DNA of 64,000 nt from NCBI GenBank assembly GCA_017654855.1, contig CM030332.1, positions 6,386,001 through 6,450,000 of the forward strand, given 5' to 3'. Shown here in pieces: positions 34,045 to 47,522 of this stretch (its first letter is position 1; each line of letters opens with the position of its first letter). Below the pieces are notes generated by a model. It saw only the letters and a program-made list of their open reading frames with translations, was not told the origin of the DNA and ran no database searches. This DNA is from Podospora anserina (lineage: Eukaryota). The position numbers and the translations under genes are program-made.

Positions 34045-37000
34045 TGTTTGTTTCTGATGTTTTCCGAGGGCCGGAAGAGGCAATTTTTGCACAGGGCGTA
34101 GTGGTTGTGGTGGATATGGGGGATCGTGGTGAGGGTTTGGCTGGGGTAGCCCTTGCTGTATGGGTTGTGGGTTGAGTGAAGCCGATGGAAAGCCGATAGC
34201 GTGCAGACTCAGCCTCGACACGACCGAGGGTTCTGTAGGTACAGAAAACGTTGAATGTACCTAGGGTAGCTAGGGATGAGTGTAGAAAGATCCTGTCGTA
34301 GATCATCCCCAGAAAATGTTTGGCTGGCTTGATATTGGGAGCTGAGAGTAGGCGGTGAGGAAGGATAGGCAAGCAACCTAATAGTGAGGCGGATGAGATT
34401 TCTGAAGATTGGCACGTGGAGTTTTGTCTCATGGGGAGCATACTGTGATCGGTATGGAGGATGTTGGATCTCGCTTCTCCCTGCTTCGTGGAAGCGAAGG
34501 CGCAGTTTGATGGCTGGCTGAGAGACTGACTGAACCAGCAAAGAGGCCCTCAGACTGGAACGATTCTGCAATTGGACGTTTCCCGGGGAAGTATATGAGC
34601 TTGGCATCTGTTATAAATAACATAGCACAGCAGTAGAGTGGACATGTACATGTATGACCCCAGATAAGCGTGTTTCTGCCAAGAGACGGCAGGCGGGAGC
34701 CATGGGAATCTTACTCGCATGTGTCCTTGGCGAAACTGTCTCTCCGATGATAGATGTCATTGTTGCCATGGATTTTGGCGATGTCGAAACTCGCTGTCTC
34801 GGGCTTGCCGAACGGTGTTGAAAGATGCAGTTCAGATGGCCGATGCTTGGCTTTACCTGTGGGTCCGGCATTGTTTGTGCCAAGCATTACCGGCTAACGC
34901 CCACCAAGACGGGATGACGTCAAGCCTATGCGAAAAAGAATTTGGCGCGTCGGCGCCAGCTCCGAGGATCATGACGGCTCGTAATTTGCTTTGTATTCGA
35001 AGGTAGCGAAAAACTTTCTACGTATACGCTTGACTCTACGATAGTCTATCCTGCACTATACTTCCAACACGATCTACAATTCGGCCGTTCAAATGAATAG
35101 GCGGTGTCTTCTCACGTTCGCTGGTTCGCTCTTCAGGGATGGTCACGCCACGAGAATGATGTTTCTCCACTCGATACAGCTTCGAGGCTCGGTAAAGTCT
35201 CGCTCGCTCTTCGGCATAACTTCAAGTTCTATCGATGGGCCAAATCCTGCTCTTTTCAACACGGCGATGAGGATGTGGGGGAGGTCGAAGATCTTTGCCT
35301 GATGCCATGTTGCACAGATATACGCTTCACATCATGAATCGCTATCAGTGCCCATAGCGGCAACAGCTAAGACTTTCGTTGTATGACAACCGTTGTTCCA
35401 TCAGTATCTCAAACACTCGGATGTGCCAGCCGGAGAATACCATTCTCGACGTTTCACAGCGCCGGCAAACATGTTTGGGGCCCTGAAGGGCTGACTCATG
35501 CTGTACGCTCGCACTTAAGTGCGAAGGGAACAGTTGCCAGCCACATCGATCGGCAGGTTCTGCTCCCATCTCAGGGTATCTTTTGAGCAGATTACCCCTC
35601 ACCTTACGAGTCTCATCTTTACCATTATCCAAAATCACTCAGGTTCATGACACCAATCACGAAGGAGCGAATGGTGTTGCTGGTCCAACTTAGTGTCCTG
35701 TAGTGCAGTCCCACAGGCCCTCGTATCGCGCAGATTAGTACTGAACCCCGATCTTAGGTTGCCGTTTCCCCGGTCTTCTTCTACAAAAGACAATTAAGCA
35801 ATTGCCAAGGCCCGTCAACTCATCCCTTGGGCCTGGAGATGCAAGGACATCATGCTCAAGGGGGACAATGCAATATCGACAAGGCTGTGGCGTCCCGCGC
35901 CCTGGGCCAGGATCCGGGGACGGGGACCAGAGATATCGCGACATTGTTATCGTTGTCTCTGGTTTATGGTGGGTACCCTACCCAACTGTTGCAATGCCGA
36001 GATTCAGGAAGGCACGGGTGAGGCCAAGACGAAACAAGACTTGGTGATATCTACCAGCTTCGGTGGCTACAATACCGAGTGACCGCCTTATGGTGAGCGT
36101 CAGCAACTGCAACGCTGTCCCCTAATAACGGCGAACAGGAGAACCCCTGGGCGGTGTGAATAGTCTGTCTTAGTCTGACCAACGAAAACGGAAGATGTCG
36201 TGCTACCCTGCTATATTGCCTCCTTCCGATACAGGTATCCCACAAGGCTAAGGATGCGGCCGAGGAATGTGACGATGCTGGACAGGCCAATGACAGGTAA
36301 CGACCCCAGTTTAAGGTAGCCAGCGCTCTCGAAATAGTAGGCTGCCTAGGTCCTGCTTTGCTGAAGCTAAGCTCTTCGCCATGATCCTTCAAGGCGATGC
36401 TCGAGCTATGAGTTTGCCGATACATCTGGGCACTTTCATACGGGGACGGACTCTAACAAAGGGGACAGCAGGATCTGTATCTAGAGGACTTCCCAGTGGG
36501 CCCATAAGCATATCCAAGGCGTGTCTCGAAAAGGGGCATCACCGATCTGATAAGTGACTGATAATTGGGCTGTTTTTACTTGAGAAATACTTTTTTTGAT
36601 GGCTTGGTCAGCCAGGCTCAACTCTGTTATTTGGTAACAACATTGTTCCAGTCGGGATTCGGCGAGAGTTGGGCTGTCAACCCCGATCCGACTGCTTCTC
36701 GCGCGATTAACAGGGCCCTGGTGCTTGCAAAAGAAGCAGGACGTCTGGTGGACGGGTTTCGGGTCTTCTAGGTTTCTTCCATAGCTTTCAGATGCATCGT
36801 GACAAGTCGGGATGAAACAGCCAAGCGGTTGATTGGATCGAGTCAAGAACAAGCCCCTCGTCCGCCATGTGGGAAAATGCACACAATATCTTCCGTTAAG
36901 GGCTCGGAGGTCGGCCTTTGGCACACACGAGCTCCGGGAGGACGACATGGAAAGGCCCCACCCGTACCGAGCCAGCGAAACAGAGAAACCCCCACTAGGG

Positions 37001-37399
37001 CAAGCCACTCACAATTCGAATTCGAGAAGCACAGCAGCACATCACCAACCCAACATCACCAACAATCGTCATGAACACCACAAGAGGCATGTCAGACGCA
37101 CAAAGGGCAATTGAGCTGCAAATCTGCTCAAACACAGCGACAAGTACCGCCGGCGACACATTTCGACAAGAGTATTTGAATTCTTTCTCTCAAATGATAT
37201 ATCGACACTACTTCCCAGTTCGGTCGGCTCTCGGTTGCGGGAACACCCTGATCGGAAACATCCCGTATTGTCTCCGACCTTGATCATCCTGGTCTTTTCT
37301 GATCGCGAGCAAGCACCTCAGACTTCTCCACGTTGGGATCTCCCTTGTCACCCTGCTTTTCCACTTTCTTTCGATTTCTGGTCTTGGTTAATGGTTTCC

Positions 37400-37427
37400 T
37401 TTTTTTTTTTTTTTTTTTTTTTTTTTT
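37400..37427 (+). repeat. Poly(dT) tract, 28 nt, about 1 kb upstream of the Zn2Cys6 gene
   Basis: Direct reading of the sequence. Confidence 0.95.
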
Positions 37428-38417
37428 GCGTCGATGAGCACATCCTGACGAATCGAGCCTCACACGGCAGCGGATCAAATTACCCTGGCCGCAACGGAGT
37501 AATCATGTTGAGATGCAGCAGAGAGAAGATCGACGCAGGAGCCAAAGGCGTAGTGCGGCCGCAGAGGTTCTTTTTGAAGGCCAACAAAGTTGTTGCTGCA
37601 TGTCATGAAGAATCTTTTGGCTGGCCCTAACGAGGTGTCCACAGTCTTTTCTACTTGGGAAAATCATCATGAAGTTTGCGCGCTCTCGGGGATAACTAAG
37701 AGACCGACTGTTGAGGCCGTTTAAACACCGTCCAATACCACATTAAATCCCCCCCCACACACCCACCACCACCAATACGCAAAATCGAACGCCGCAAAGT
37801 GATTCATTCATACAGACAAGGTACTGTACGAACGGTATGATTCCATCCAGAAGAGGTGTTGGACCCGGCGCGTGGGCTTTGCCGGGTACACACACTCAGC
37901 GAGTACATGAGACCTGCAGACATCGCCTCGCGACAAGAAGTACTTGTGCTCTCAACCCCAGTCCCCAGTCTCGAGTCCCCATGTTCCTCATGCCCCTGTC
38001 GGTCCCCTTGAACCCTGTCAGCATACCTGATGTACCCGTCATCCTTGTCATCCATGTCAGTTCACTCACAGCTAAGAGAGGGCCGCGCAGCCCTTCATCT
38101 TTATGTACATTAATAATCCCCTGCTCTCTCCTGCTTCCCTCTGCTGGACTGCTTATGCACCCACTCCCCCCTCGTTCTCGAACACTGGTCTTGGCCTCAT
38201 CCGTGCAAACCACCCCGATCTCATATATTATTTCTTCATCCCACACCCCCCTCCAGAACTAGCTCACCATTATAAGACCTCATCTTGCCACCATCGTCTT
38301 AACACCTTCTCGGTTCTAGAAGACACGAACTTTGACTTGACAGCTTGACAGCTTGACAACCAAGTTTACGGACGACATCAAGCTATTGCCACACAATACC
38401 TACACATTCAGCATACA

Positions 38418-39672
38418 ATGGACGGCTTGCCAACACCACCCAACGAGGACTTCCTCGGTCACAAGAGACACCACACCATCTCCAAGTCAGTCAAGGCCGT
38501 TCACAGGACATCAAAACGCACCAGCTATCACGGCCACCCGCCTTCGCCTGTCCATGACACCCACTCATCACACAGCGGAGATGCCAGACATAAGAGAGTG
38601 TGGAAGGCCTGCGAGAGGTGCAGAATGAAGAAGACCAAGGTTGGTTTCAACTACCTACCAACCTGATCTCTCTTCAGCTATCTGACTAACCACTTTTCAG
38701 TGCGACGGAGAGTTCCCCTGCAAGAGGTGTAAGGACGACGGCCTTGTCTGCACAGCTGGAGTTCGCAAGAAGACCGAGTACAAGCAACTACCGCGCGGAT
38801 ACGCAGAGGTGCTCGAGAACACGCAGTTTGCCCTCATTGCCACGGTACACAAGCTTTATGCTATGGTCCGAAACCACCAGACATGGGATCTCGGCGAGCC
38901 AGATCTCAACGACAGAGGCCAGCCGGTGATTCACAATATTGCGTCCAAACTGGGGTGTATACGACCCAGCGGGGACATGGACCTGCCTCCTCATGCTGTT
39001 TTCCCCGAAGACGAAGCCGGCCTCACCGAACTTGCCAGACAACTAGAGGAGCAACAGAGGAGAGAAGCCATCGCCGCCCCATTATCCAGCAACGGCACCA
39101 CCACTTCCATCCCCCACAGCCACCACAGTAGACAAAACACGATCGACTCGCGAACCGACGACCGGGCCAGCTCGTCCTCCCCCGAACTCGACCACTCGGA
39201 CTTTGAGACCAGCATGGACAACTACCGAAAAGCGACCTTTGGTACCACCACGGGAGCAACCTCAGCGATCACCATGTCACCCGCCAGCCTGTCCTATCAC
39301 GACTTTGACATGTCCGGCTGCCCTACGCCTTCGGTGGACGGCAGGTTCCCACCGCACACGACGCAGTCACCTACCTCGGCGGGGAGCATTCCCACCAGTC
39401 TGAACTGGCTCAACGCGGCAAGGACTTCTTCTACGGCTGTGATGGACGCGCTGGAGTTTACCTCGCAGCCTGCGGCGCACTACGGGGGGTATACGTTGGA
39501 CATGGACATGCTTAATCAGAATCTGCTAGAGTCCGCGTTTGGAGTTGGAAGTGGGGTGGGGATGAAGGGGTTGGCTTGTGCGGCGAATCCGGATGTCACG
39601 CTTTTGGGGGGAATGGGGGACACGATGATGTACGGGGGGGTGTATGGGGGGGATGATGGGTTGAGGATGTGA
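38418..39672 (+). CDS. Zn(II)2Cys6 transcription factor, Fcr1-like; exons 38418-38639, 38701-39672
   Basis: KACERCRMKKTK|CDGEFPCKRCKDDGLVC binuclear cluster split by intron GTTGGT..CTAAC..CAG, followed by PRGYAEVLENTQFALIATVHKLY and GQPVIHNIASKLGCI. Confidence 0.93.
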
Positions 39673-41949
39673 GTGAGATTGTGGGGAGTGGTGACGGGAC
39701 TTTTTTTTTGGGGGGTGGGGAATTTCGGATGTCATGGGGGTCAGTCAGTCAGGACAAAGGTACAGACGCAAGAGAAGAGAATGCAGATTATCGGGTTTCG
39801 GTACACGGGTTGAAAGGGTTTTTCCATCCGTCTAAACTTTTTTTGTGAGGGAAGCGGTGGTGCGGCGGGACCGGGGACGGAGACGGGGAGAACCGTTTAG
39901 TTTTTGTGTGGATGCATGTATGTGTGTGTATGTGTGTGCCTGTCAGGGGGGTGTAGGATGTGAGAGGCTGCGGCGAGGGGGGGTGTTGAGCGGCGGGTTT
40001 TTGGGTTTGGCTTACCGTTTCTTTTTTTTTCCTTCTCTACACGGGAGGGACATATGCAAGTGTTCGGGTTACCTTGTTTAGAACGTTCGTTTCTGTTGTT
40101 TACATATTTATCTTCTTTTTATTTTATTGGGATTGGATGGGATAGGTAGGATGGAGTTCACTTGGCGCCTTGTGGGGGTTAGGTAGGGGAGGAGGTATGG
40201 TTTGGGTACAAAGGGTTTTAGACAACACAACAATACTCTTTTTTTTTTCAATTGTTTTTTCTCTCATTAGAGCCGCTTGTCTTTCTGTTCGGGGTGTGTG
40301 TACTTTTGCTGATGGATGGTGGGACAAGTTGAGGGCTCATTTTTATTACGTTGCAGTGGCTTTTTCGGTCGGAGAGGGCAGGGCTGAGTGTTGGGAGTGG
40401 TACCGAGGGGGTTGTGATAGTGAATTGAACGATGAATGATGATTACCACGCTTATCCCACTGTATCTTGTGAAGTCAATATCATCACCGAAGTGTTTCAA
40501 GATGAATGTGTGGAAGTATCTACTCAGGTACGTACGAACTGGGGGGGTGGTAAGGCATTTGATTTGCTCCCCCATCTCATCCCGTCCCGTCTTGTGGAAT
40601 CCTTCTAGAAGAAAAAACTTCCCCGGTTCCTTACCTACGGTTCATTCCCAGCCACGTTGTACGCTCGGTCGGTTAATCATCCACGTTTCTCTTTTCCACC
40701 CGCTCCGGTTCAGTCCACTAGGCTTCATCCCACCCAAATTGCTTTGTTGCTTAGCGGCTGGGGGGAATGGAATGCCCACGCTAGAAGACCGGCGACCCCT
40801 TCTAGAAGGAGGTTAAAAAGCCACTTGAATAAGGCCGAAGCCGCTCAGCGGCGGATGTTTCCAGACGAAGGAGGATTGCAGTGTATAAGGCTCAGGTGAA
40901 GCCAAGGTATTGGTCGTCAGGTTGGGGTGATCGTCAGAATGTCTCACTCCGCCTCTTGTTTTCTGTTGTGAACGCAGGCGTTGACTGTTGTGCACCGTCG
41001 TCTGCCTTGCTTGTACGCTTTGGTGGGCTGGTAAAGGAACAGAAGGACTCGGTTAAATTTAGATTACACGCATCACAGGGGCATGACAGGATTCCGGGTA
41101 GGCACTGGACTATTGTTTCTTTTGGTAACCTAGGTAGGTATGTACCGTGAAGACGAAAGAGACGGGTTGAGATGAAAATGCAGAAAACACCCCGATGGAC
41201 ATTACATAATTTTGATGATGCTGAAGGGCTTTTTTTGTCTGGGATGTTTTCAGGTTTATTTTTTTTTCCCTAGGCCAGATCCTTCGTCACATCCCTTCGA
41301 ATGGCATGCGTACGGCAACGGCGCGATTGTAGATCCCCGAGCGCCCTTTCCATCACGCTGAAGAAAGGTACGCAGATGCTTCGGTGGTATCCCGCGTCCT
41401 TGAGGGAAGTGATCGTCTTTTTTCTATGTGCCTACATATCTAATCACTGGCGATGTAGGCTTTACATCCGCCCGTCATGTTCCACGTCTCCCACGCAGTC
41501 ACATTGTTCTATCCTGATCTAGATCCCCCTCCCCCACGGGCATGTCATGGCATACCACACACTGTTGACTGACGCATCAACTCTGGGAAAATATCGACGC
41601 TGTCAGATAAGGCACGTAGATGTTTGTTGTTCGCCCCCGATGCAGATTGAGTTGTAATGGTTGACGGGAGGAGCTAGTGTCAATATCTCCTCAGGGCTTC
41701 TTCGGGAGAGAACCAAGATAGGTTGCCAAATCTGACAAGGGTGGAGGGGCTGGTGGTGCGTGTAGATTAGGCGCGTTGAATCACGTTCCTTCTAACGACC
41801 TGCAGGACCTGCATGTGTTGTTTATCTATTCTATCTAGGGAGTTGGTTTTACCAAATTAGGGGACTCCGACTGGATCTGATAAATGTTGGTGGGCTGGCT
41901 TTTGATAGGAACGGCTGCTGGAGGTTGGAAGATGAGTGAGATCCTACAT

Positions 41950-42278
41950 CCTACATTCGGTAGACCTACGGCAGAGGAGGGAGATATCTTACGAGAGAAA
42001 GAGCTGGTAGTCCTTCTGTTCGGGTATTGAGAGGGTGGGTACAAGGGCGAAAAAGGAACATGTGGTGGTAGCTGGTGTTGGTAGGAGCGGTCCCACTATC
42101 GATGATACAACGCAAGGGTTGGTGATCAATGGTCAGATTGACGAGATAGTTTGGGAGCTTTGCTCTGTAGATCAAGGGTCCATTGGTGGAGGCCTTCGCG
42201 AGCCTGCGAGCCGATGCTACAACGGCCTCGTGGCTCGGGGATCTGTGTATACTGTAATGTAATCACCACAAATCTCAT
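41950..42278 (-). pseudogene. Frameshifted fragment of a secreted pepsin-like (A1) aspartic protease
   Basis: Three consecutive frames read MRFVV.. / HRSPSHEAVVASARRLAK..NYLVNLTIDHQPLRCIIDSG / CSFSPLYPPS. This resembles signal start, propeptide, first catalytic D[ST]G strand and the CxFGPLY segment. No second DTG found. Confidence 0.5.
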
Positions 42279-45200
42279 CGCTAGAGCGGTAGAGGGATGA
42301 AGCGAGTGAACGAGCTGTCCAATCAGTTTGGTGACGATTTCAACCCAGCCACCCGGCCGGCCGGCAAGCAACCTAGAAGGGCAGGGTTTTGAGAGCTCCC
42401 GTGTATCTTGCTCATATCCAGGGTCTTCAATGAAGTAATAGTTGAGCTTCCGTGTCCGTGGAAGGCTTCAGAGGCTGGCTGGTGCTTACTGTCTTGCCAT
42501 GAGTGCGAGAAGCAGAGACTCAGACAGTGTTACTGCTGCGTTCCAGGCAGACGTCCCAAGCATCTAACCTACCACGCAAGGCCAGAGTACTTTTGTCCAC
42601 CCGTGTCCGTTGTTGTATAGGTATCATGTATATTTGCTCTCGAGTCAAGCGGCGGGACGTGCGTATGCGCCATGATCTACACTGTACGTCTGCGGCCGCT
42701 GCTTGTAGAAAGTGCTGTGCCTGGTAAAACCGAACTGGGATGTGCGTTGTGTATCCTGTGCAGCTCCATCTACACGGATTTGGAACTTTTAGGCTAACCT
42801 GCGACTTCAAAGCGTGTCTTGCTTTCTAGGTAGTATCTATCGTTCAGGTAAGGGAGGGCATGTGTCACTTTGCTACCCGCTGTCAGCAATGCAGAAGCCA
42901 AGAAGTTGGTATGCACTCGCAATTAATTTGATGGGGGTGTCATCTACGACCTGGTAGGATAGGCGGTGTCCTTTTTGTCTCAGCTTAGTAGGTATGTTCG
43001 GTTCGTCTCTGTCGGGTGTTGTTCTCCCGTTGTCAGGGTTCAAGACAAAATGTCTTCATACAGACCACCCAAGTCAACCTAGGGGTGTGCCTTTACCACC
43101 TGAGGGAGTGTATCGTAGGCACGTGTGGTGATACAATCACCACATCACAGTATCAGTATTGGCCTTACTGTTCCTTCTTTGTACAGAATGTAGGGACAGC
43201 GTTGTAGCATGTGGTACGTACACCGCCTCGTCTTTGATCGATCAATCCTTCTCCAGCGGTTGGCTTTGCGGCGCAGAACGGGCACCGTCGATTTCTGCCG
43301 AGAGTAGTCCCGAAGTTGGAGGATGACTGGACCAGATTCAACTCTGCGATTGCTGGTGCTGCGAAAAAAATGGATGGGAATTTCACAGAAGGATCATAGG
43401 CAAATGTTCAGAATTCCCGTCCTCGTTTGCCGCGCCCCGTCTCCGCCATGAGGAGAAGTCCCGAGCCAAAGGGTTCAGATGTCTCAGCATGGCGTAGCCG
43501 ATGCTCGTATGTGTCTGAAAAATGCATACATCCGCACACCAGCTACAGAATAAGCATAATATATGGATGGTCTATTCTTGCAAGAATGCTTCTTCAGCCT
43601 TCGGCTCACCCGACCGTTGAGACCCGGGAGGATGGGGGGGAAGCTGTCCGTCCTGTATCAGCGGCAATGACAGAAGTCGACTTGTAGAATCAAATAGACT
43701 CCAGAGATCGGTGTATATGCACGCTTACCTTCTTGGTCTTGGCCCCATCTTCATAGAATGTCCTTCTTCATTTGGAGGAATGTTTCGGCCACTCGTATAA
43801 CCTTTCCCACTTACGTCAAGGCTCGGCGTCAAGGATGATATGGTTGATATCGCTGCTGTGGTTGAAAAACCTAGCCTCATAATCGGCTGCGGGGTTGAAA
43901 GTTGGGGAAGTTTGTAGATGAGGCGTCGTCATGTTTTTGGAGCAAAGCCACAATCTGCAATTTCCAGCGGGCTGGGCAACGATTGGGCGAGCCCGACAAA
44001 GGGCCACGCTGGGGGTCAACGTGGTTTGTTTCCAGGATGCGAAAACCGACGTGAGGTTCTTTTCTACCCCAAGAAGGAAAGATTGACAGTCAGACCAAAG
44101 CGTTTGTTCGAGAAGATTTCTCATCTTTGCAAACATCATAGAGATAGATGGGCCTTGGGGTTCAAGGCCGGACCAACAGCAGGTCTTGTCACCGCTGTCG
44201 TGGTACCCTAGAGCACAAGTTCCTTAATCGCCGGTTTTATTTCCACCCAGTGATCGCTATTGGACGCAGTTCGCGGGACTACAGAACTCGGACTCTTTTC
44301 GTCGTCGGTGTCTCAATCCGGTAGGCGCTCACCTCCACCATCTATTACGAAACTGTGCTCCATACCAAGCTCGCCCAGGGTCGCTCGCTAGGCTGAGATG
44401 TCACGATGTCCGCACCTGGAGGCCGAACGGAAAACGGAGTGGTTGATCAACCCGGAGCTCCGATGCCGAGAAGTCGACGGACTTGAAGAAACAACGGGGA
44501 CGGCCCCACAACGGGCGCCGATTCGATCCTAGTTTCGATCCCAGCAAAAGAAAAGTGAAGCTAGCAAGCATGCTTAGCGGTCCCGTTTTAGCGGCGGGTT
44601 TCAACGTCTTGTTCGAGAATGATTGTCTTGGCTCGATACCAACCTTCATCCTACATCGCCAGCGGCGAGCCGGAAGGGGATCCCGTGTGCTGAAGTGAGT
44701 GCGCGGAAAAACGGTTAGTTTCCTCAATCATGACATCTTCAAGATGACATGTTTTCGGCAAGGCTGCCGAATAGGTTTATGTCCCACGCCAGTCGCTCCC
44801 ACATAAGCCCGCTGCCTATCTCTGCCGAGTGCTGGTTGCGTTTCAGGGTGAGGTGTGTAACGTGCTTCAAAAGGCGTCGGCCTCGCTCATGATGCACAAG
44901 GCTCGGCCGCCGATAAGCATGTTGGATCAGCGGGGGCTCAACAGCGCCAACAAGGAGGGTGACGGAAAACCAGCGAAGTTGTAAAAAGATCTTGGCATCA
45001 TCAGGTGGGGGACCACAGCAGAAGTGCCCGACCCTTGAGCTCGGTGTGTTTGGGAGCCTGTGCTGCAGTGATGCGGCGGCATGAGAAGTTTGTGTAGACA
45101 GATGGAAGATATTGCCAAGATATCAGTTGATAGCTAGCAGAGCAACCCAAGCCAACATGACAAGCCGTGGTAATCCAGCTCACGGTCGACACTGATGTGA

Positions 45201-47522
45201 CAATATTTGGGCCTCATGTTGCCAACGACTGAAGAATGATTTCAGCGAAGGACGAGATAATAGAGGCTTATACCTAGTCATGCTGCAGAGAACGATGGTA
45301 AGTTGATGCCGCGAAAATAAACTCACTGTTGGCGCAATGATCGCCCACGGGTCCAGATCCGCTTACCGGGAGAATGAGTTGGTGGAAGATCCATATCCAT
45401 AGGGCTCAAGACACACGTCAGTAAGCAATTACTGATGGGTGTGAGCTGCTCTTTTCAGCAATGGCCAAGGTCCCGTTCGTCCGCATTTGGAATGAAGGCA
45501 ATAAGAGAGCACTCCTTGTCATGTTGAACAACAGTCAGCCTCACGGAGTTTTGAGCGGCCCAACAACCGCCCCCGCTTCAACGTACCTATCGTCAAACCC
45601 CGTAGGACCCTTTGTCTTCGGTGCGCTTGATTCAATGCAGAAGAGGTCTTGGAAGAAACTCGGCAGTTCATACTGTCTATTCCAATAGGTGGGTAGATAA
45701 TACTGGGCGTAAAGCAACCCCCTCCAACCTCCTCACGACGAACACAAAGCCGCCCGTCAAGACCATCCACTAATCTAGCTTCAGTCAGCGTCGCTGCCTT
45801 CGGGCGAATTCACCACCTTCCATCACGGCAGTCATTCCTCGACGACCTCGTGGCAAGTCATTTCCTCACTGTGCTGGCGGCGACGGAACATATACTCCGC
45901 GATTGTGACCCTGCCAACATCAATAGCTTTGCAGATCTTGTCCTCTCTTGTCCCGTCCTGAATCCATATCTCTCAGTGAACCTCCCGACTCAAACGCGTG
46001 GGTACCTTCACTATCGTAGGATGTGCGAGGCAGATATGTTGGTGGTTGTTGGGCCATAGCACGTTGTTATCTAATGCTGATGCAAGCAGATGTGGTTGTA
46101 AGTGGGCCGTCTGGTTTGCGTTGTTGTTGAGCCATGGCTGTCACTATTCGCCTCCTCAGTATTCTCGGTGCATCCGCTCTCGTCCCTCACAAGGAGCCGA
46201 GCCTAAAGTGAAGTGTAAGAAGGGGAGCCCGCTCGAGATTGCTGTGCCCTCTTGTGATTCGCGACCTGGGCGGTGAAGCTGCAACCGAAGGAAGGGCTGT
46301 CGAATGGTGCCGATGGCAGTATTGAGTGTTCTGACAAGACGGAGCTCTCGATTTGTCCCGTCTACCCGCCTGCCGGATGGCTGGTCGCCGTCCGGGCGAG
46401 GATGTCGGGGGTGTCGTGACGTCGGGGGAGGGACGTGACTTGCGTTGCGTGCTCGGGCCTGCTAAAGGATCTGGGGGTGGGATGAAAAGGTACCTTCGCG
46501 ACCCGGCCCGTCATCCAGCGAATCATCAACACACCCCTTCTCGAGCTCCCAGGAGCGGTGTCGGTGCCATTGAGGTTCTTAGCTTACATCCCACGCTCTT
46601 GATCTGCTATCCGCTCCCGTCGAGATGTGGCTTCTCACCAGCGCAGGACAGCCGGAGCATCGAAATGTATGGGTACGGCCCGTTCGTTGGATCACAGTGT
46701 GTGCTCTTCTAAGCTGTAGAGGAGCCACGTCTGTCAGCCAATGCCCGTCAGTGCAAGTCGCAATCCCGAAGAAGATGGCACCACGAAAGCTGTCTGGGAA
46801 TGCGCTAGACAGTGTTCTCTGATTATCTCGCTATTGGTCATAGTTGACCTGCCGCCTCGGTGTAATTGTTCCCTATCAGTCGGGCAATGAGGGTAAGCTG
46901 CTTTATCGTAGCTCTTGTCCATGCAGAAACAAAGGTACCATCCTTACGGCCCATATTGCACGTTTGATGAAACGTAAACCCGCCGATCAATCCCTGAACA
47001 GGTCGTTCGAAGGAGTCTAGAAAGGTTCTTTTTCGAGTGCCGAATCTCGTGTCAAACACAAAAGGACCGGCAATATCGTCCTTCAGGCTTCTGCCAAGCC
47101 ATTTTGGCGAGCAGTGCGGGCACCGGGCTGGGTGGCTGGCCACGGTGGGTGGTGGTGTGTGGTGGCATGACGAAGGCCGGACTCCTTCCCGGACGGAGCA
47201 TCCTCTTCTGGACATTGCTCCTGGATGGGCGCAGAGCTGACAGGTCGAGCGGTTCGGACAACTGCCGAAGGGAGGGCTAGCTCGCCAACTAACAACAAGC
47301 TTAAGTCAACTCTCGTTCCAACGGTAGTGCTGCGTACCTGTCGATGGTATGGACGGGCATGGCTTCGAGGGATCTGTGAATATGGATATTTTGGACATGG
47401 CGCTTTTCCCAAAGCGAATCACGCGAATCAATTTTCGACGCAGTTGACACCCCCAGCCATGTGCTTAGGTGGCGCTTTCCTTATCAATGAACTACCAGTC
47501 CGGAGCCGGAGCGTTTTCGCAG

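Noticed and set aside
40601-40810. Two TTCTAGAA heat-shock-element-like palindromes
   Set aside because: Only two nGAAn units each and no adjacent gene start.
43816-44139. ARFFNHSSDIN resembling the SET-domain RFxNHSCxPN motif
   Set aside because: Lacks Cys and Pro and all flanking SET motifs; probably chance.
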